Positions 7,544-10,175 of a stretch of 10,175 nucleotides of DNA are shown here, one piece after another. The notes below the pieces were generated by a model. The model had not been told where the DNA came from and did not search any database. It saw only the letters and a program-made list of their open reading frames with translations. A program made the translations under genes and the position numbers. Origin of the DNA: Candidatus Heimdallarchaeota archaeon (GTDB lineage: Archaea; Asgardarchaeota; Heimdallarchaeia; Heimdallarchaeales; Heimdallarchaeaceae); the NCBI GenBank assembly GCA_030668825.1, contig DAOVET010000094.1:1-10175 (forward strand). Direction: 5' to 3'. Each line of letters begins with the position of its first letter. Position 1 is the first letter of the stretch.

Positions 7544-7563
7544 GAAAATGAAAAGAGAAGAGT
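7535..7563 (-). terminator. Pyrimidine/T tract downstream of fbp
   Basis: The minus strand reads CTCTTCTCTTTTCATTTTCTTTTGATTCT shortly after the fbp TGA. Confidence 0.4.
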
Positions 7564-7573
7564 TGGAAAACAT

Positions 7574-8491
7574 TCACAAGTCTTCTATTTTATGCCATAA
7601 TTCGATTAAATCTTTAGAACCGCCAACAAAACCAGTTCTTTGATGCAGATAGTGCATTGATGTAAGTTTGTTTACGTCTAAGGGTTTTATATTCTCATAC
7701 CTAATTTCGTGTCCATCGGCTGTTATGTAGAATCCTTCTCCATTAACTTTAGACAGAATATAAAGATAAGGGAGGATTTCATAACAGAACCTAAGTTTAG
7801 GTGCGAAATAACCAAAAACACCTGTTTTTTCAAAAACATTATTCATGTCTTGGACCATACAGCCACCATATCTGTTCTTTCCTTTAATATCTAATGCGTC
7901 AACGAAGAGTTTCTGCTTTGCTGAATGGTCATTATACTTCCCTCCAAGCCCAAACACAGGATTTTTACTGGGACTAATATCCAAATTATCTCTAACTACT
8001 CGAAACGACTCTCCATCATGAATAAATTGAATGAATCCCAGATCCGTCGCTAAATCAAATCGCAAGAATAATGTGTAACTTACTGTCAAAGCAGCAATAG
8101 TATTCCCATTTTGATCAATGACATTAACAATTGCTCCTGGACTTCGTGTCCTAATAATGGAAGATCCATCAATAAAATCACCTAAGATAATAAGATCACC
8201 TGTTCCTTCCATGATATTATTTTCATCTGTTTCTTCACCTAATAAGAGAGAGTAAAGATTATTAGGAATTCTTTGCATAAATAATTCCTGTGTAGCAATA
8301 TCTAGACTTAGCTGATCATCGCCAGACACATTAATAACACCAGAATAATCACTTTCTCCTAGAAGAAATGTTAAAATCTGTTTTGGTACATCCAAACTTA
8401 TATTGATAATCTCTCTCAGTATTTCTCTGAGAGATTCAGGTTGAACTTCCTCAAGATATACTTCCAGTGTATGATATTTTATTATAGACAT
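7574..8491 (-). CDS. fbp: Fructose-1,6-bisphosphatase class 1 (divergent)
   Basis: NVSGDDQLSLD, GEE, DFIDGSS (canonical DPLDGSS), RYGGCMVQD, KLRFCYEILP and HQRTGFVGGS. Lies 11 nt downstream of an FBP aldolase. Confidence 0.85.
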   Translation of the reverse strand: MSIIKYHTLEVYLEEVQPESLREILREIINISLDVPKQILTFLLGESDYSGVINVSGDDQLSLDIATQELFMQRIPNNLYSLLLGEETDENNIMEGTGDLIILGDFIDGSSIIRTRSPGAIVNVIDQNGNTIAALTVSYTLFLRFDLATDLGFIQFIHDGESFRVVRDNLDISPSKNPVFGLGGKYNDHSAKQKLFVDALDIKGKNRYGGCMVQDMNNVFEKTGVFGYFAPKLRFCYEILPYLYILSKVNGEGFYITADGHEIRYENIKPLDVNKLTSMHYLHQRTGFVGGSKDLIELWHKIEDL

Positions 8492-8502
8492 TTTTTCAGA
8501 TC

Positions 8503-9675
8503 CTAATATGTATTTGTTAGAAAGTTATCTAACATATATTTAAAGCAAAGAGATGCAGTGTTTTCCATTTTTAAAGCTTTGATAAAATCAGTCATATCTG
8601 ATTCAGCTTTCACAATTATTGCTTGTTTGGCGTCCTTACTAATATTTTCAACCTCATCAAAGAATTCCTTCCAAGCGTACTTAGAATTCTTAGCGAATGT
8701 TTTATGTTCGTCGACATCAGGCTTCCTATATTTATCTAGCACCCAAGCACGTATTTTAGTTGATAGTTCAGGTTCATGTTCTTCTAGAACATCTTGTACT
8801 AGTCTCTGCCAAAAAGTACCTATGTTACCCTTTGTTATACTTCCATGTGGAAAAGTTGATGCTATTACCTCAACTGGAGTTCCTGTGATTCCATGTTGTG
8901 CAATTCTTGTTCTTATTCCCAATTTCTTGAATTCATCTACTATCTCAACTGTTCTTTTAACATTAATGCCTAGTTGTGGAACGACTTTGCCTTCAGCGTC
9001 TACACTTACACCATGTGTGGATCCATTAGCTATAGCTAGATAATCAATTATGACACCATTCTTAATTAAGGAGGAAACATAGTGGATCGCTTCTTCAACT
9101 GTTGTAAACTCTGTAATGCCAATTTCCCCCACTTCTCCTTCAAGGCCATATGGTTTTTCACCCATCACTTCTTTGAGAAACTCAAACAAGACAAGACCTT
9201 TCGATAAAATGTCACTTAGTTGACCTTTTACAGTTTCTTCCTCTCCGTTAAAGAGAAAAGACGTATCAATAGCATAACCAGTAAATCCTGCTTCAACTCG
9301 AGCATTGATTTCTTTCATTAAATTAGACATTTCTTCATCAGTACCTTTCTTTAAGGTCAAATGATCAGCATGTAATGAGTATGCAAACCATTTCTCTTTT
9401 TCTGCTGCAGATTTACAGCGTTGAGCAAATTTCTCTGGAGTATAACCAGTGTATCCTCCACTGAGTGACATTTCACTTAAAGCTAGTTCAAATATCACGA
9501 CAGATTTTGATTGCTTTGCAGCTCTCAATATTCCAATAATAACTTCCTCAGTAGCACGAGGATTTATTGCGGCAATAATAGTTTCTACTCCCTCAACACC
9601 CTTAGCTATATAGTTCAATGGCAAGGGATTCCGAGGAGTCTCAAAATAAGCGATAACTTCATTTTCAGAATTCAT
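8503..9675 (-). CDS. fba: Class II (metal-dependent) fructose-bisphosphate aldolase
   Basis: LHADH, IDTS, EGEVGEIG, LAIANGSTHG, AQHGITG and KGNIGT contain the Zn-binding histidines and substrate loops of class II aldolases. Confidence 0.9.
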   Translation of the reverse strand: MNSENEVIAYFETPRNPLPLNYIAKGVEGVETIIAAINPRATEEVIIGILRAAKQSKSVVIFELALSEMSLSGGYTGYTPEKFAQRCKSAAEKEKWFAYSLHADHLTLKKGTDEEMSNLMKEINARVEAGFTGYAIDTSFLFNGEEETVKGQLSDILSKGLVLFEFLKEVMGEKPYGLEGEVGEIGITEFTTVEEAIHYVSSLIKNGVIIDYLAIANGSTHGVSVDAEGKVVPQLGINVKRTVEIVDEFKKLGIRTRIAQHGITGTPVEVIASTFPHGSITKGNIGTFWQRLVQDVLEEHEPELSTKIRAWVLDKYRKPDVDEHKTFAKNSKYAWKEFFDEVENISKDAKQAIIVKAESDMTDFIKALKMENTASLCFKYMLDNFLTNTY

Positions 9676-9769
9676 CTAACTACCCGTGAGACAATTGAAT
9701 AAAGAGTATTAAGAATTTATTTGTGTATCATTAGCGGTAAATTATACATATTCAAAACAAATAGTAGAA

Positions 9770-9777
9770 TTTTATAA
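9770..9777 (+). promoter_or_regulatory. Putative TATA box for the secreted beta-helix gene
   Basis: AGAA-TTTTATAA lies about 33 nt upstream of ATG 9810. Confidence 0.4.
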
Positions 9778-9809
9778 GCAGCCACTACATTATATTTACT
9801 AGAAATCAA

Positions 9810-10175
9810 ATGTCTCTGGGGAAAATTTACAAGATTATGTTTTTGCTGACCATATTACTTGGAATAGGTTTTCATAGTCCCTCAACTGCAATTTTTGGAG
9901 AAGGTCCTAATGTTCAAGCAAATGATTTCACTATAATAACAAAACCTCAAACATTTTTGATACAAAGTGATCCAATTCATATAACCAATGATAATGACTT
10001 TTCAGTCTTCCCAGGAAGTGGGACAAAAACAGACCCCTATAGATTAGAGAACTACAATATATCATCTGAAATTCAAAATTTCGGAATAAACATCAGTGAT
10101 ACAACTAAGTATTTTGTTATTCAGAACTGCTTCATTAAAGTTAAACAAGTAGGGATATGGATATCATGGATTTCT
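9810..10175 (+). CDS. Secreted right-handed parallel beta-helix (NosD/pectin-lyase-like) surface protein, 3'-truncated; absent from the ORF track
   Basis: Manual translation gives 122 open codons to the window end: MSLGKIYKIMFLLTILLGIGF (signal peptide-like)...DPIHITNDNDFSVFPGSGTKTDPYRLENYNI...GINISDTTKYFVIQNCFI. Confidence 0.85.
   Translation, partial: MSLGKIYKIMFLLTILLGIGFHSPSTAIFGEGPNVQANDFTIITKPQTFLIQSDPIHITNDNDFSVFPGSGTKTDPYRLENYNISSEIQNFGINISDTTKYFVIQNCFIKVKQVGIWISWIS

Noticed and set aside
7400-7600. 66-aa plus-strand ORF after ykgJ
   Set aside because: It has no recognisable motif, overlaps the fbp 3' end, and mirrors a more protein-like minus-strand frame. It is not fully excluded, since it starts 2 nt after the ykgJ stop.
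7709-7894. 61-aa plus-strand ORF
   Set aside because: Antisense to fbp, with no motifs.
8558-9043. 161-aa plus-strand ORF (and 9511-9702, 63 aa)
   Set aside because: Both are antisense shadows of the well-supported aldolase gene.

Overview
AT-rich, gene-dense archaeal window, probably from an Asgard (Heimdallarchaeia-like) archaeon. The lineage is inferred from TATA-type promoters, GGTGA SD motifs, an ArvA/OapA-ArvB/OapB pair, an AK6/Fap7 kinase and a secreted 'FPGSGT..DPY' beta-helix protein. Gene order: 5'-truncated M24 Xaa-Pro peptidase (+), sulfotransferase (-), arvA/oapA GTPase and arvB/oapB (+, no arvC), AK6/Fap7 adenylate kinase (-), HgcC-like AbrB-fold Cys-Cys protein and arsM (+), divergent PlsY-family acyltransferase (-), phosphomannomutase/phosphoglucomutase and YkgJ Cys-cluster protein (+), class I FBPase and class II FBP aldolase (-), and a 3'-truncated secreted beta-helix protein (+). 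The most striking unexplained structure is an array of six exactly phased 9-bp units at 3517-3570. Five units begin TCWGA and the fifth unit is the TATA box. It lies directly upstream of the AbrB-fold gene and arsM, suggesting an ArsR-independent, metalloid-responsive regulatory module. All family calls come from motif recognition; no searches were run.
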